A stretch of DNA of 64,000 nucleotides from an uncultured Pseudomonadota bacterium (GTDB taxonomy: Bacteria > Oederibacteriota > Muellerivitia > Muellerivitales > Muellerivitaceae), in contig CAWJKT010000004.1 of NCBI GenBank assembly GCA_963843375.1, positions 416,001 through 480,000 on the forward strand, given 5' to 3'. Under the pieces are notes generated by a model. That model searched no databases and had not been told where the DNA came from. It worked only from the letters and a program-made list of their open reading frames with translations. The position numbers were made by a program, and so were the translations under genes. This document shows positions 38,688-49,225 of this stretch, one piece after another (within the stretch, counting starts at the first letter, position 1; each line of letters starts with the position of its first letter).

Positions 38688-40183
38688 AAACAAAGCACCC
38701 TCTCGAACCGACTCTAGTCGTGATTTTCGGTGGGGCGGGTGACTTGACTTGGCGCAAGTTGATCCCGTCTTTGTTCGATTTGTACCGGGACGGGCGTATG
38801 CCGGAAAAATTCTCGATTATTGCCATGGATCGTGTCCCATTCGGTAATGAACCGCTACGCAAAAGGTTTCTCGTCGGTGTGAACCGCTTCTCGTCGAAAG
38901 GGAAAGTGAAAAACGGGGACTGGAAAAGTTTCGCCGGGAACATTACCTATCAAGCCGGGGATTTCAAGGACCCGGCCTCTTACATAACTTTGGGCAAAAG
39001 CTGTGAAAAGCTGGAGAGAGATTGGAAGGCGAAAGCCAGCCGTATCTTTCACCTGGCTACCCCTCCGGCGATGTTCGGAGTGATTCCCAAAATGCTGGCT
39101 GACGCAGGACTGAACCTCGACCGTGCCCACGCCCGAATTGTTGTGGAAAAACCGATTGGCCATGACCTGGATTCGGCCCGGGAACTGAACCGCCTCCTCA
39201 CCGAAAGCTTCCAGGAGTCGCAAATTTACCGCATCGACCATTACTTGGGAAAGGAGACGGTGCAAAACATTCTAGCTTTCCGATTCGCCAATCCCCTTTT
39301 TGAACCGATTTGGAACCGGCGTTACGTGGACTACGTCACCATAACGGTGGCGGAAGAGGTAGGGGTCGGACATCGGGGCGGTTATTACGACCAAGCGGGG
39401 GCCTTGCGGGATATGGTGCAGAACCACTTGATGCAGTTGTTCTGCCTAGTGGCAATGGAGCCGATGGTTTCCTTCAACGCCGACGAAATCCGCAACAAAA
39501 AGGTGGATGTTCTCCACGCCGTGCGGCCAATCCACCGGGGCGCGATCAAGCAGTCCGCTGTGCGAGGGCAGTACGGCCCGGGCCGCCTTGTCGGTAAGAA
39601 AACGCCTGGTTACCGCCAGGAAAAGGACGTATCCCCCCGATCCAAAACCGAAACCTATGCGGCGTTAAAGTTATTCGTGGACAACTGGCGCTGGCAGGGA
39701 GTGCCCTTCTACCTTCGTACGGGCAAGCGTCTTGTCAAGCAGGTTTCGGAAGTGGCCATCCAATTTCGGTCGGTACCCCATGAGTCGTTCCCGGATGAGT
39801 CCCGGGACGATTGGAACCCATCTCGGCTCGTGCTGTCGATCCAACCCCAGGAGGGTATCGTCATGGGCTTTCAGGCAAAGGTGCCGGGGCCCCGGATGTT
39901 GCTCAGGCCGGTCGAAATGCGGTTCAACTACCAGGATAGTTTTTCGGTGCCCTCTCCGGACGCCTATGAAACCCTGCTCTCGGATGTGATCAACCATGAT
40001 CCCACCTTGTTCATGCGAACCGATCAGGTCGAAGCCGCGTGGCAAATCATGATGCCGGTCTTGAAGGCCTGGGCGGAATCGAATCCTGGTGATTTTCCCA
40101 ACTATACCGCCGGCAGTTGGGGACCCCAGGCGGCAGATGAATTGCTCGCTCGCGAAGGGCATTCTTGGAGGCCAATCAATTGA
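38684..40183 (+). CDS. zwf: Glucose-6-phosphate 1-dehydrogenase
   Basis: GGAGDL, EKP, RIDHYLGKE, DMVQNH, WQGVPFYLRTGK. Confidence 0.95.
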   Translation: MKTKHPLEPTLVVIFGGAGDLTWRKLIPSLFDLYRDGRMPEKFSIIAMDRVPFGNEPLRKRFLVGVNRFSSKGKVKNGDWKSFAGNITYQAGDFKDPASYITLGKSCEKLERDWKAKASRIFHLATPPAMFGVIPKMLADAGLNLDRAHARIVVEKPIGHDLDSARELNRLLTESFQESQIYRIDHYLGKETVQNILAFRFANPLFEPIWNRRYVDYVTITVAEEVGVGHRGGYYDQAGALRDMVQNHLMQLFCLVAMEPMVSFNADEIRNKKVDVLHAVRPIHRGAIKQSAVRGQYGPGRLVGKKTPGYRQEKDVSPRSKTETYAALKLFVDNWRWQGVPFYLRTGKRLVKQVSEVAIQFRSVPHESFPDESRDDWNPSRLVLSIQPQEGIVMGFQAKVPGPRMLLRPVEMRFNYQDSFSVPSPDAYETLLSDVINHDPTLFMRTDQVEAAWQIMMPVLKAWAESNPGDFPNYTAGSWGPQAADELLAREGHSWRPIN

Positions 40184-40865
40184 GAATCCTGGTACTGGAT
40201 GTGGGTGGAACGCATGTGAAAATACTGGCAACGGGTCATCGGCAGCGAGTCGAATTTTCCTCTGGCCCTAAAATGACGCCCGCGAAAATGGTGCCGCAGT
40301 GAAAGAAGCAACGGCTGGTTGGAAGTATGACGCCGTTTCGATCGGTTATCCCGGTCCCGTCGTCCATGGTCGTCCCATCGTGGAGCCAAAACATCTTGGG
40401 GCCAGCTGGATGGGATTTGACTTTAAAAAAGCCTTCGGACATTCGGTCAAAATTGCCAATGACGCAGCCATGCAGGCCCTGGGTAGTTACCAGGGCGGAC
40501 GGATGCTTTTTCTTGGATTGGGCACGGGCCTTGGGTCCGCGATGATCGTGGACCATGTCTTGGAACCGATGGAACTTGCCCATTTGCCTTATCAAAAGGG
40601 ACGGACCTTTGAGGACTATATCGGACTGACGGGATTGGAACGACTGGGGAAAAAGAAATGGCGCCACCAGGTGAACAAAATCATCCAACTCCTTCAGAAA
40701 GCGGTGCAGGCCGATTATGTCGTGCTCGGGGGAGGCAACGCCCGATTACTCAAGAAGCTTCCCCCAGGGGGGCGTCTTGGGGACAACTCTAACGCTTTCC
40801 AAGGCGGATATCGACTTTGGAGCAAGCTTTATAACGGCCCAACCCACAAACGATTCTTAAATTAA
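40180..40865 (+). CDS. ROK-family sugar kinase (polyphosphate glucokinase-like); frameshift near 40298
   Basis: LRILVLDVGGTHVK then NDAAMQALG, GLGTGLGS, ELAH, GGGNA. Confidence 0.85.
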
Positions 40866-40888
40866 CTCATGAAAAAGAAAACATAGCC

Positions 40889-41165
40889 ATGAATCCAATT
40901 GACAACTTCGCCGCATTCGGCGCGCCTGGAATCGAGCCACGGTGGTCCTCCAGCGCAAAGGAAGGACTAGGTACCTCTTATCACACCAACTGACGGGCCT
41001 GGTTCACGCTTAGCCACGGCATCGTCGATGAAATCTACTTTCCAACCGTCGACCAGCCGAACACGCGTGATTTCCAGTTCCTGATTAGCGATGGCAAAAC
41101 CTTCTGACACGAGGAAAAGCACGACCTTGACCACCGGGTTGAATATCCCGAAAAGGACTCGGTTG
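40889..41165 (+). pseudogene. Glucoamylase-type (GH15) N-terminal remnant with two in-frame TGA
   Basis: AFGAPGIEPRWSSSAKEGLGT..*RAWFTLSHGIVDEIYFPTVDQPNTRDFQFLISDGKTF*HEEK; truncated. Confidence 0.7.
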
Positions 41166-41177
41166 ACTTGGAAAAAG

Positions 41178-41210
41178 TATCGAAACGAGAGTCCGAAAAT
41201 CATTTTGATC
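41178..41210. promoter_or_regulatory. Bipartite enhancer motif, copy 6
   Basis: TATCGAAACGAGA-N7-AATCATTTTGATC. Confidence 0.75.
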
Positions 41211-41290
41211 GTAAAGATTCTCTGAAAAACTGATTCGATTATTTTCCACTGGAAAACAGGGTTTTGCTGTTTCATTCCTTTAGTATTCAA

Positions 41291-41306
41291 TGGCATCTTC
41301 CTTGCT
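41291..41306 (+). promoter_or_regulatory. sigma54 promoter
   Basis: TGGCATCTTCCTTGCT. Confidence 0.78.
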
Positions 41307-41435
41307 TTAACTACAATTCTAAATCAAAACCGAAAAAGGCTGACAGGTTCAAATCGCGGCGGGGAATCGAAATTTTTGACGGCGATAGTGGGAGTCGACT
41401 TTAATTCGGGAATCTCTCTCCTCTATGGACGTACC

Positions 41436-41470
41436 GGGTCGGCTTCCCAAAGGCCGACCCGCCTTATTTT
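41436..41470 (+). terminator. Terminator-like hairpin
   Basis: GGGTCGGCTT-CCCA-AAGGCCGACCC region followed by gccttatttt. Confidence 0.55.
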
Positions 41471-41530
41471 GGGAAAAAGGACCTGGAATTTCGGCCCTTA
41501 AACATCCTTCGTTGAGAAAGCGTTGGAACC

Positions 41531-41749
41531 ATGACGAAGCACCACTATGAACATCAGCACACGTCGTACCCGGAACCGGAGATCAGTGAGGTCCGCGGTC
41601 CCTATTGGCGGCGTGCGCACCGCGATTGGCGTTTTTTGGCCGTGGTGTTCCTGATGCTCGTCTGCATTCTAGTTTACGTATTCACCGGCGATTTCGCATG
41701 GACGTCCCACGGACACGCTGTTGCGATCTTGGCCCCCAGTGGAAACTAA
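41531..41749 (+). CDS. Small membrane protein, paralog of 31506-31724
   Basis: MTKHHYEHQH...PYWRRAHRDWRFL plus TM. Confidence 0.72.
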   Translation: MTKHHYEHQHTSYPEPEISEVRGPYWRRAHRDWRFLAVVFLMLVCILVYVFTGDFAWTSHGHAVAILAPSGN

Positions 41750-41839
41750 TGTGGTTTTACAAGAGATTTCCCGTTTAGAAAATATTCAGATCACTTTTGA
41801 ATTAACGGCTCGAAAATCCCCGAACCAGACGGGTGCGCC

Positions 41840-44689
41840 GTGACTTTATCTGATGTTTCCATCAAGAATCCCGTCTTCGCCTGGATGCTCATGTTCGGGC
41901 TTATCTTCTTCGGGTTTCTTTGCTTTTCGCGCATGGGACTTTCCGAAATGCCCGACATCGACTTCCCTGTCGTCAACGTTTCCATCACCCTCCCCAACGC
42001 CTCAGCACTGATGATGGAATCGGACGTGGCTGATGTGGTCGAGGACTCGGTTTTGGGCGTGGAAGGCGTCCAGGACGTCCAAACCACCTGCACCGAGGGA
42101 AACGTCAGTATATCGGTGTTCCTCGACATCAGCCAAAACGTTGACGTGGCTGTTGCAGGACGTGCAGACCGCCGTGTTCCAGGTGGAAAAACAGCTTCCC
42201 GCCAATATCTATCCTCCCATTATCCGTAAATTAGATCCCAACAGCTCCCCTATCTTCTGGCTGGCCGTAATTGCTGACCCGCCCCTGACCTTAAGGGACA
42301 TGATGCTTTACACCCGCGATACCTGAAGGACCAATTCACCAGCCTGCCGGGGGTGGCCAGCGTGTCTTTGGGCGGGTGGATCAACCGCCAAGTCAACATC
42401 TGGGTGGACAACAATAAATTGAACGCCCGCCAGTTAACCGCCGACGAGATCGTCAACACTATTAACACCCAGCACGCGGAAGTCCCCGTTGGCTTCATGG
42501 AAACGCCCTTGACCCAGTATGAGGTCCGTTCCATGGGCGAGGTCGCCACGGTTAAGGACTTCGAGAACCTGCCCATCCTCACCCGGGGAGGAGACCCCAA
42601 TTACATTCTCACTCCCTTGAAGGATGTCGCCACCATCGAGGACGGTTTGGCCACCGTCACCCGAATTTCCCGCTTCAACGGTGTCCCCTCCTGTCGGTTT
42701 GGGACTCGTCATGCAGGACGGCTATAACGCCGTGGACTTGGGCAACGCCGCCAAGGCCAGGATGGCCAGAAGTCATCCCGCAAATGCCCAAGGGCTACCA
42801 CCTTTCCACCAATTTCGACACCACGGTTTCCATCAAGGAAAACGTTCACGAACTGGAATTGACCATCGTCCTGGCGGCGATTTTGACGGCCCTGGTCTGT
42901 TACCTGTTCCTGGGAAGTTGGTCCTCCACCTTCAACGTTTTTCTGGCCATCCCCACTTCCCTCTTCGGGACCTTCATCGTCATGTATTTCTTCGGCTTCA
43001 CCTTGAATACCTTCACCCTCCTGGCACTTTCCCTTTCCATCGGCGTGGTGGTGGACGACGCCATCATGGTGATGGAAAACATCGTGCGTCACCAGGAGGA
43101 AGGGGAGAACATGGTGGAAGCGGCCCTGAAGGGCGCCCGGGAAATCATCTTCGCCGCCGTGGCCACCTCCATCGCCATCGTGGCCATCTTCCTCCCCCTG
43201 GCCTTCATGCAGGGATCATCGGGAAGTTCATGTTCCAGTTTGGCGTTACCCTCTCGGGAGCGGTGCTAATTTCCCTTCTGGAAGCCGTCACCCTGACCCC
43301 CATGCGCTGTTCCCAATTCGTCCATGTGGCCGACGAAACGAAGGGCTTCAGCCATTTTGTGAAGACGCAAATGGGCCGCCTCATCCGCCTTTTACTCCCG
43401 GATCCTGAAATGGTGCCTCTGGTACCGTGCGGACCGGTTGATGTCCCAGGCCAGGTCCGGCAATTTGCCCTGGTTCAAATCCCTCGTTTCCAGACTTTTC
43501 TTTACCAGCCCCAAATCCCTGATAGCGGACGTACAGGAGGAGATCAAAAATCCCCAATATTCCCTGGCTCCGGTGATCTGGTTCGTCGTCGGGATGTGGT
43601 GGTATTACCGCCCTGGCTAAGGCCTGGAAACCCCTGGCCTTCGAGATCGTTGGCGCCGCTCTTCCTGTTGGTCATCCTGGTCTATCTCTGGAAGGACCGT
43701 CATTTCCTCTTTGCCCATCTTCTTTATGACCACCGGTGGTGGGTGGTCTTTGGGGCCATGGTGATTTTCGCGGGGTCCATGTTTTTGGCCAAGATCATCA
43801 AGAAGGAAATGGTGCCCTCCACGGACCAGAGCGTTTTCATGCTCAATTTGCAGCTTCCCGTGGATTATTCCATTTTCCGAACCGACGAAATCGTGAAGCA
43901 ATGCGAAGCCCTTCTCAAGGAAGCGGGGGGAAATCAAAAACCTCTACGTGGCCGTCGGGGGTTTCGGGGCAACGTCTTCCAATACAGCCTTCATGTTCAT
44001 CACAATGAAGGACCCGGGGAGAAAGGCCGGTGGCCTCCTGGGAGGAAAAATTCCAGCCCTCCGGGCCCCTGGGTTTCCTCACCAGCCTTTTTGATAATTT
44101 TCAACGCCGCGGCTGACCCAGGCGGAATTCATGGAGGTCTGCCGTAAGACGCTTAAAAAGGTTTCCCCCGACCTTCAGGTCTTCCTGGTGGACCTTTCCC
44201 AGCGCGGCCTGTCGACCGGGAAGGGCTATGCCGCGGAATTCATCGTCACCGGGCCCGATTGGGACAAACTGGCGGGCTATTCCACAGAGATCATGAAAAG
44301 CGATGAAGGCCAGTTCCATGCTGGCGGACGTGAACAACAATTACCTGTCCGGCGAGCCCGAAATCCAGGTCATTCCCGACCGGGCCAAGGCCGCCGCCCG
44401 GGGGGTGGATATTGCGGATTTGGGGACTGTGCTGGGCACCCTCATCGGCGGCTTCACTTCCCAAACGGCCTATTACCACGAGAACGGGCATGAGAATAAC
44501 ATCTTCATCCGGGTGCCGCAAGGACCAGCGCTTGAAGCCGGACGACATCAAGAAGATCTACACCCGCAACAACCGCGGGGAAATGGTGCCCATCACCGAT
44601 GTGACCACCATCCAACAGGTTCCCTCCCTCCAGCAGATCACCCGGGACAACCGCAGAGGGCCATCTTCTTCCTGGCTAACGCCGCCCCT
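41840..44689 (+). CDS. RND efflux permease (AcrB/AcrD/AcrF family), many frameshifts, truncated at junction
   Basis: LSDVSIKNPVFAWMLM, PDIDFPVV, IGVVVDDAIMVMENI, SLLEAVTLTPM; ends at RAIFFLANAAP. Confidence 0.88.
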
Positions 44690-45421
44690 GCCCACGCGCT
44701 TCTCGTCGCCGGAGACGCGCGCCGCCGCCGAGCAGGCCGCGCGCGACCTCGACGCGCCGCTCGCGATCGTGTCGATCGACGACGCGTTCGAGCGCGAGCT
44801 CGCCGGCGTCGAGAAGATGCTCCAGCCGGGCGAGGCGCTGACGCCGCTGGCGCGCCAGAACGTGCAGGCGCGCGTGCGCGCCGAGCGCATGTGGACGTGG
44901 GCCAACACCGCCGCGGGGGCTCTTCCTGCAGACGAGCAACATGAGCGAGAAGGCCGTCGGCTACACGACCATCGGCGGCGACGGCGAGGGCGCGCTCAGC
45001 GTCATCGCGAACGTGCCGAAGACGGTCGTCAACTACCTGCTCGACTGGCTGCTACGAGACGACGCGGTGCGGAGGGCATCCGCCTCACGCTGCTCAAGCC
45101 CGCCAGCGCCGAGCTCGCCGACGACCAGGAGGACGAGCGCGAGCTCATGCCGTTCCCGGTGCTCGACGCGTGCTTCGCGCTCTTCGCCGGCGAGAAGATG
45201 GCGCCCGACGAGGTGGCGCGTGGCGCTGCAGCGCGGTGTTCCCCGAGCACCCGCCCGAGCGGCTCGACGACTGGGCCGCGCGGTTCGTGCGGCTCTTCAC
45301 GGCGTCGATCTACAAGTGGGTGCAGGCGCCCATCTCGCTCCACGTGGGCAACCTCGACCTCGAGCGCGAGCGCGCGCTGCAGCTCCCCGTCGTGCAGCGC
45401 GGCGAGTGGCACAAGACGTAG
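44689..45421 (+). CDS. nadE: NAD+ synthetase, C-terminal fragment (high-GC segment), frameshifted
   Basis: PTRFSS, QNVQARVR, NMSEKAVGYTTIGGD, NVPKT, PASAEL...Q.DE, YKWVQAP. Confidence 0.85.
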
Positions 45422-45471
45422 CTCGTTCGGCGCGCTCTTCGCCTTCCACTCGACGGGCGTGTGTCTGCGCG

Positions 45472-46007
45472 GGAGCGCCGCAAGCTTCGCCGGGACGGTG
45501 TCGTGCTTCGCCAGGAGCGCCGCAAGCTTCGCCGGGACAGTGTCGTGCTTCGCCAGGAGCGCCGCAAGCTTCGCCGGGACGGTGTCGTGCTTCGCCAGGA
45601 GCGCCGCAAGCTTCGCCGGGACGGTGTCGTGCTTCGCCAGGAGCGCCGCAAGCTTCGCCGGGACAGTGTCGTGCTTCGCCAGGAGCGCCGCAAGCTTCGC
45701 CGGGACGGTGTCGTGCTTCGCCAGGAGCGCCGCAAGCTTCGCCGGGACGGTGTCGTGCTTCGCCAGGAGCGCCGCGAGCTTCGCCGGGACGGTGTCGTCC
45801 CAGATTAGGAGAGCCGCGAGCTTCGCCGGGACGGTGTCGTCCTTGAGTAGGAGCGGAGCATGCTTCGCTGGGACGGTGTCGTCCCAGATTAGGAGAGCCG
45901 CGAGCTTCGCCGGGACGGTGTCGTCCTTGAGTAGGAGCGGAGCATGCTTCGCCGGGACGGCCTCGTCCTTGAACAGGAGCGGGGCATGCTTCGTCGGGAT
46001 GGTCTCG
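45472..46007. repeat. 42-bp tandem repeat, ~13 copies, built from two related 21-bp halves
   Basis: Unit GGAGCGCCGCAAGCTTCGCCGGGACGGTGTCGTGCTTCGCCA; 7 near-identical copies then diverging ones. Confidence 0.95.
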
Positions 46008-46080
46008 TGATGGGCGCGCCCTTGGGTCGTCGGTCAGTTCGATGGTTCCGATCCTGCCCCGCCTGGTGGACAGTCTCGTC

Positions 46081-46979
46081 TCACGCTGCCTTCTTTCCGT
46101 ACTCTCGCTTCTTCTTCTCTTCAATGAATTTGTTTTCGAACTCCATCGGGCTCACGTAGCCGAGGGTCGAGTGGCGACGGTGTCGATTGTAGAAGACCTC
46201 GATGAAGTGGAAGATCGCCTCTCGCGCCTCCGCCCTGGTCGCGAAGCGACGCGGCGTAGATGCACTCAGTCTTGAGGGTGGCGAAGAAGCTCTCGGCCAC
46301 CGCGTTGTCCCAGCAGTTTCCCTTGCGGCTCATCGAGCAGGTGATGCCGTGCTCGGTCGGGGCGTTGCTGGTAGTCGTTGCTGGCGTACTGCGAACCGCG
46401 GTCGGAGTGGTGCAGCAGACCGGCGTCGGGGACGCGTCGGCCGACGGCGTCACGCAGGGCTTCGAGGACCAGGGCTGGGTCGATGTGCTCGCTCATCGCG
46501 TGGCCCACAACGCGACGCGAGAACAGGTCGAGGATCGCCGCGAGATAGAGCCAGCCCTCGTCGGTCCAGACGTAGGTGATGTCGGTCACCCAGGCGACGT
46601 CGGGCGCGTCGACCTCGAACTTCCGGTCCAGGACGTTGTCGGCGACAGGCAGCTTGTGCCCGGAGTCGGTGGTGGCCTTGAAACGGCGCTTCCTACGGCT
46701 CCTGATGCCCAGCTCGCGCATCAGACGGGCCACTCGCTTGCGGCTCACCTCCAGGCTCTTGTCGTGCAGCTCGGCGTGGATGCGGGGGCTGCCGTAGGTG
46801 TCCCCGCTGGCCTTGTCGATTGCAGCAATCTCCAGGGCGAGCTTCTGGTCGTCGAGCGCCTGCTCCGATGGGGCCCGCTGCTGCCAAGCGTAGAAGCCAC
46901 TGCGCGTGACTCCAAGGACCCTGCAAAGGATGCTCACAGGTGCCCAGGCCTTCTCCGCCGAGATGAACGCGAACTTCAC
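46081..46979 (-). CDS. IS3 OrfB integrase-like DDE transposase, frameshifted
   Basis: [50 protein letters not shown]. Confidence 0.9.
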
Positions 46980-47286
46980 GTGCTCTCCTTCGCGAAGAAG
47001 GCCGTCGCTTTTTTCAAATATCGCGCTCCAGGCGTAGCGTCTTCAGCTCGCGCTTCATGGCCGTGAACTCCTCGCGCTCCGCCGACGTGAGCGCCCCCGC
47101 TGGGCCTTTGCCCTCGTCAATCTCCGCCTGCCGCACCCACCCCCGCACCGACGTTTCGGTCAGGCCCAGGTCACGCGCAATCTGCCCGGCCGTCTTGCCG
47201 CTCTTGCGCAACAGTTCGAGTACCTCGGCCTTGTACTCCGGCGTGAAGTGCCGTCGCTTCTTCTTCTTCTTCTTCGCTGCCATGAT
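46976..47286 (-). CDS. IS3 OrfA (HTH); probable 1-nt deletion near 47016
   Basis: RRHFTPEYKAEV...IARDLGL...WVRQ...LERDI, continuing KKATAFFAKE in the adjacent frame. Confidence 0.85.
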
Positions 47287-47340
47287 GAACACCTCTCGGC
47301 CTGCTATCGCGGGCCATCCTGGGTGTCCACCAAGGCGGGG

Positions 47341-47826
47341 TCAAGACCACTGACAGCTCAAGACGGACCCGCCCCCGTAGGCTTCGTCCTGAGCCCCACA
47401 CACGAAGCCAGGCTGAACGCATTCGACGGAGCTCTGGCAAAGCTGCACCGTGTCCGACGAGCACGGCGCCGGCTGGCAGCTCGATGAGGTGATCTGGGTC
47501 CCCCATGACCCGGTGTAGGGGTCGCCGCAACATGCCTGTCCCGACATGCAGTCAGCGGACGTCCTGCAGTGGAGGCCAAGCACGCACGACAGGTCCGTCG
47601 TCTCCCAGGTTCCGCTGTCCGAGCACTTGAGCCACGTATCCTGGCCAAAGGGACAAATCGAGGTGCCTGGACACGAACAGAGCTCCCCGCCATCCGGCGT
47701 CGGCAGGGGGCAGTCAGGAGCCGGCTCTGCTAGGGCGCCAGACGCCTTGGCGTCAACGTTCGATGTTCCGGGGCCACTGCACGCGGTCAACGACAACGCA
47801 ATCGCCAGTCGCATCATGGGGTGCAT
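47341..47826 (-). CDS. Cys-rich putative lipoprotein; 3' end runs into the IS3 IR
   Basis: MMRLAIALSLTAC lipobox; CRTSADC...CC..., LCQSSVEC..GFVC. Confidence 0.7.
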   Translation of the reverse strand: MHPMMRLAIALSLTACSGPGTSNVDAKASGALAEPAPDCPLPTPDGGELCSCPGTSICPFGQDTWLKCSDSGTWETTDLSCVLGLHCRTSADCMSGQACCGDPYTGSWGTQITSSSCQPAPCSSDTVQLCQSSVECVQPGFVCGAQDEAYGGGSVLSCQWS

Positions 47827-48068
47827 GGCTCGCCACAAGCAAAACAAGAACCGACCCGAGCGTCTCGCAATTGCCGACAGATTCAGGAGGCGCCTGTGCC
47901 AAGACGGGCCGCCACATGATCCCGACGTCGCCTTCGCGACGGTTGACTGCGGCGTCGCGCGGGCCAGGCACATGGCGTGGGCTAGACTGTGGGGCGGCCG
48001 GAACAGCAACGGCCCCCCGTAGGCCCACGGAAGCAAGAGCACGGACGACGCCGGGCCGCCCGCCTCGC

Positions 48069-49225
48069 TCACTGCGAATCCGCCACCGGGAGGGCTGCGC
48101 GGCCGACGGGGCGGCGCGTCTTTCCCTTCTCCAGACGGCGCGAAGGAAGCGACCACCGCAAGCGGGATCCAGAGCGGAAAGAGCAGGGGAATGCAGCGCG
48201 CAACGCCCGCGAAGGCCCGTAGACCGCCGGCCCGCACTCCATCGCGGCCGATCACGACGAGCCCTCCGCTCCGTGACACCCCAGACCGCGGCTGCAACTC
48301 GAACCGGGCGAGCCAGTCGAGCTGCCCGATCGCGCGGACGAGCACACGCTCCGAGGCGCGCGACGCGTCGTAGACGATCGTGCGCGCGCGCACGTCCGGG
48401 GTCGCGAAGAGCGCGTACATCGCCAGCGTCAGCCACGTGAAGCTCTCGACGCGGCTCGTCGCCTCGATCGTCAGGTGAAAGCAGACGCCCCACCAGAGGG
48501 CGAAGGCGCGCGTGCGGCGAGGCCAGAGGCCGACGCTCAGCGAGGAGCTCGGTGCCGATGGCCAGGGTCGCGAGGGCGCGGGCGCTCCCCGGCTCGGCCA
48601 GTCGATCCAGGAGCGCGCGAGGAACGCCGGCGGCGACGGCCTGGTGGCCGTAAAGGGCGAGCCGCTCCAGGACGCGGCCCGCTGCGCCAGTCCGGGTCGA
48701 GGAGCTTCGATCCTCCGGACGCGAGGTAGATGAGCGCGACCTGCACCTGCGCCAGCCGGGCGGCCCAGAGGGGACCCTCGCGCGCGGCGATCGCGGACGG
48801 TCGCAGGGCGTCAAAGAGAGGAGCAGCGCGTAGCAGACGAGCGCCCAGCGGTTGTTGTGGAACTGGAGGCGATCGCACAAGAGGACGTACGTGCCGAGAA
48901 GCGCGCTCCCGAACAGCGCCGTCCGGGTGCGGACCCCGAGGATCGCCATGGCGGCGAGGACCCCCTGCGGCGACCACGATCGCCGTGTAGACGGACCTCG
49001 GCGCGACGAGCGCTTCGGGGACGATCGGCCAGTGGAACGCGTCTCCGAAATAGCCGATGCGGAGCTCGCGCCACGGCGCGGAGGGCGGCGTGGAGCAGCA
49101 GGCCCCGAGCACCGCGCGCGCGGCGCGGAGGGCCGTCGTGTCGCCGGTCTCGTCGCGCCAGCGACGGATCGCCTCGATCGGCCCGGAGACGCCGTCACCT
49201 CACTCGCGTCAGGGACCCCGCTCAT
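48069..49225 (-). CDS. HTTM-domain membrane protein, frameshifted; 3' boundary approximate
   Basis: YFGDAFHWP, CDRLQFHNN, QVALIYLASGGSKLLDPDWRSG across frames. Confidence 0.7.

Larger units (their letters stand above)
46049..47349 (-). mobile_element. IS3-family insertion sequence (~1.3 kb)
   Basis: Imperfect IRs CGATCCTGCCCCGCCTGGTGGACA and (rc) TGGTCTTGACCCCGCCTTGGTGGACA; orfA/orfB layout; no TSD seen. Confidence 0.88.

Noticed and set aside
40991..41107. Selenocysteine or TGA recoding in the GH15 remnant
   Set aside because: Both stops are TGA, possibly at Cys positions by my recollection of homologs, but the gene is truncated anyway and TGA is a normal stop in neighbouring genes
45472..46007. 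CRISPR array
   Set aside because: Units are contiguous with no unique spacers, and there are no cas genes
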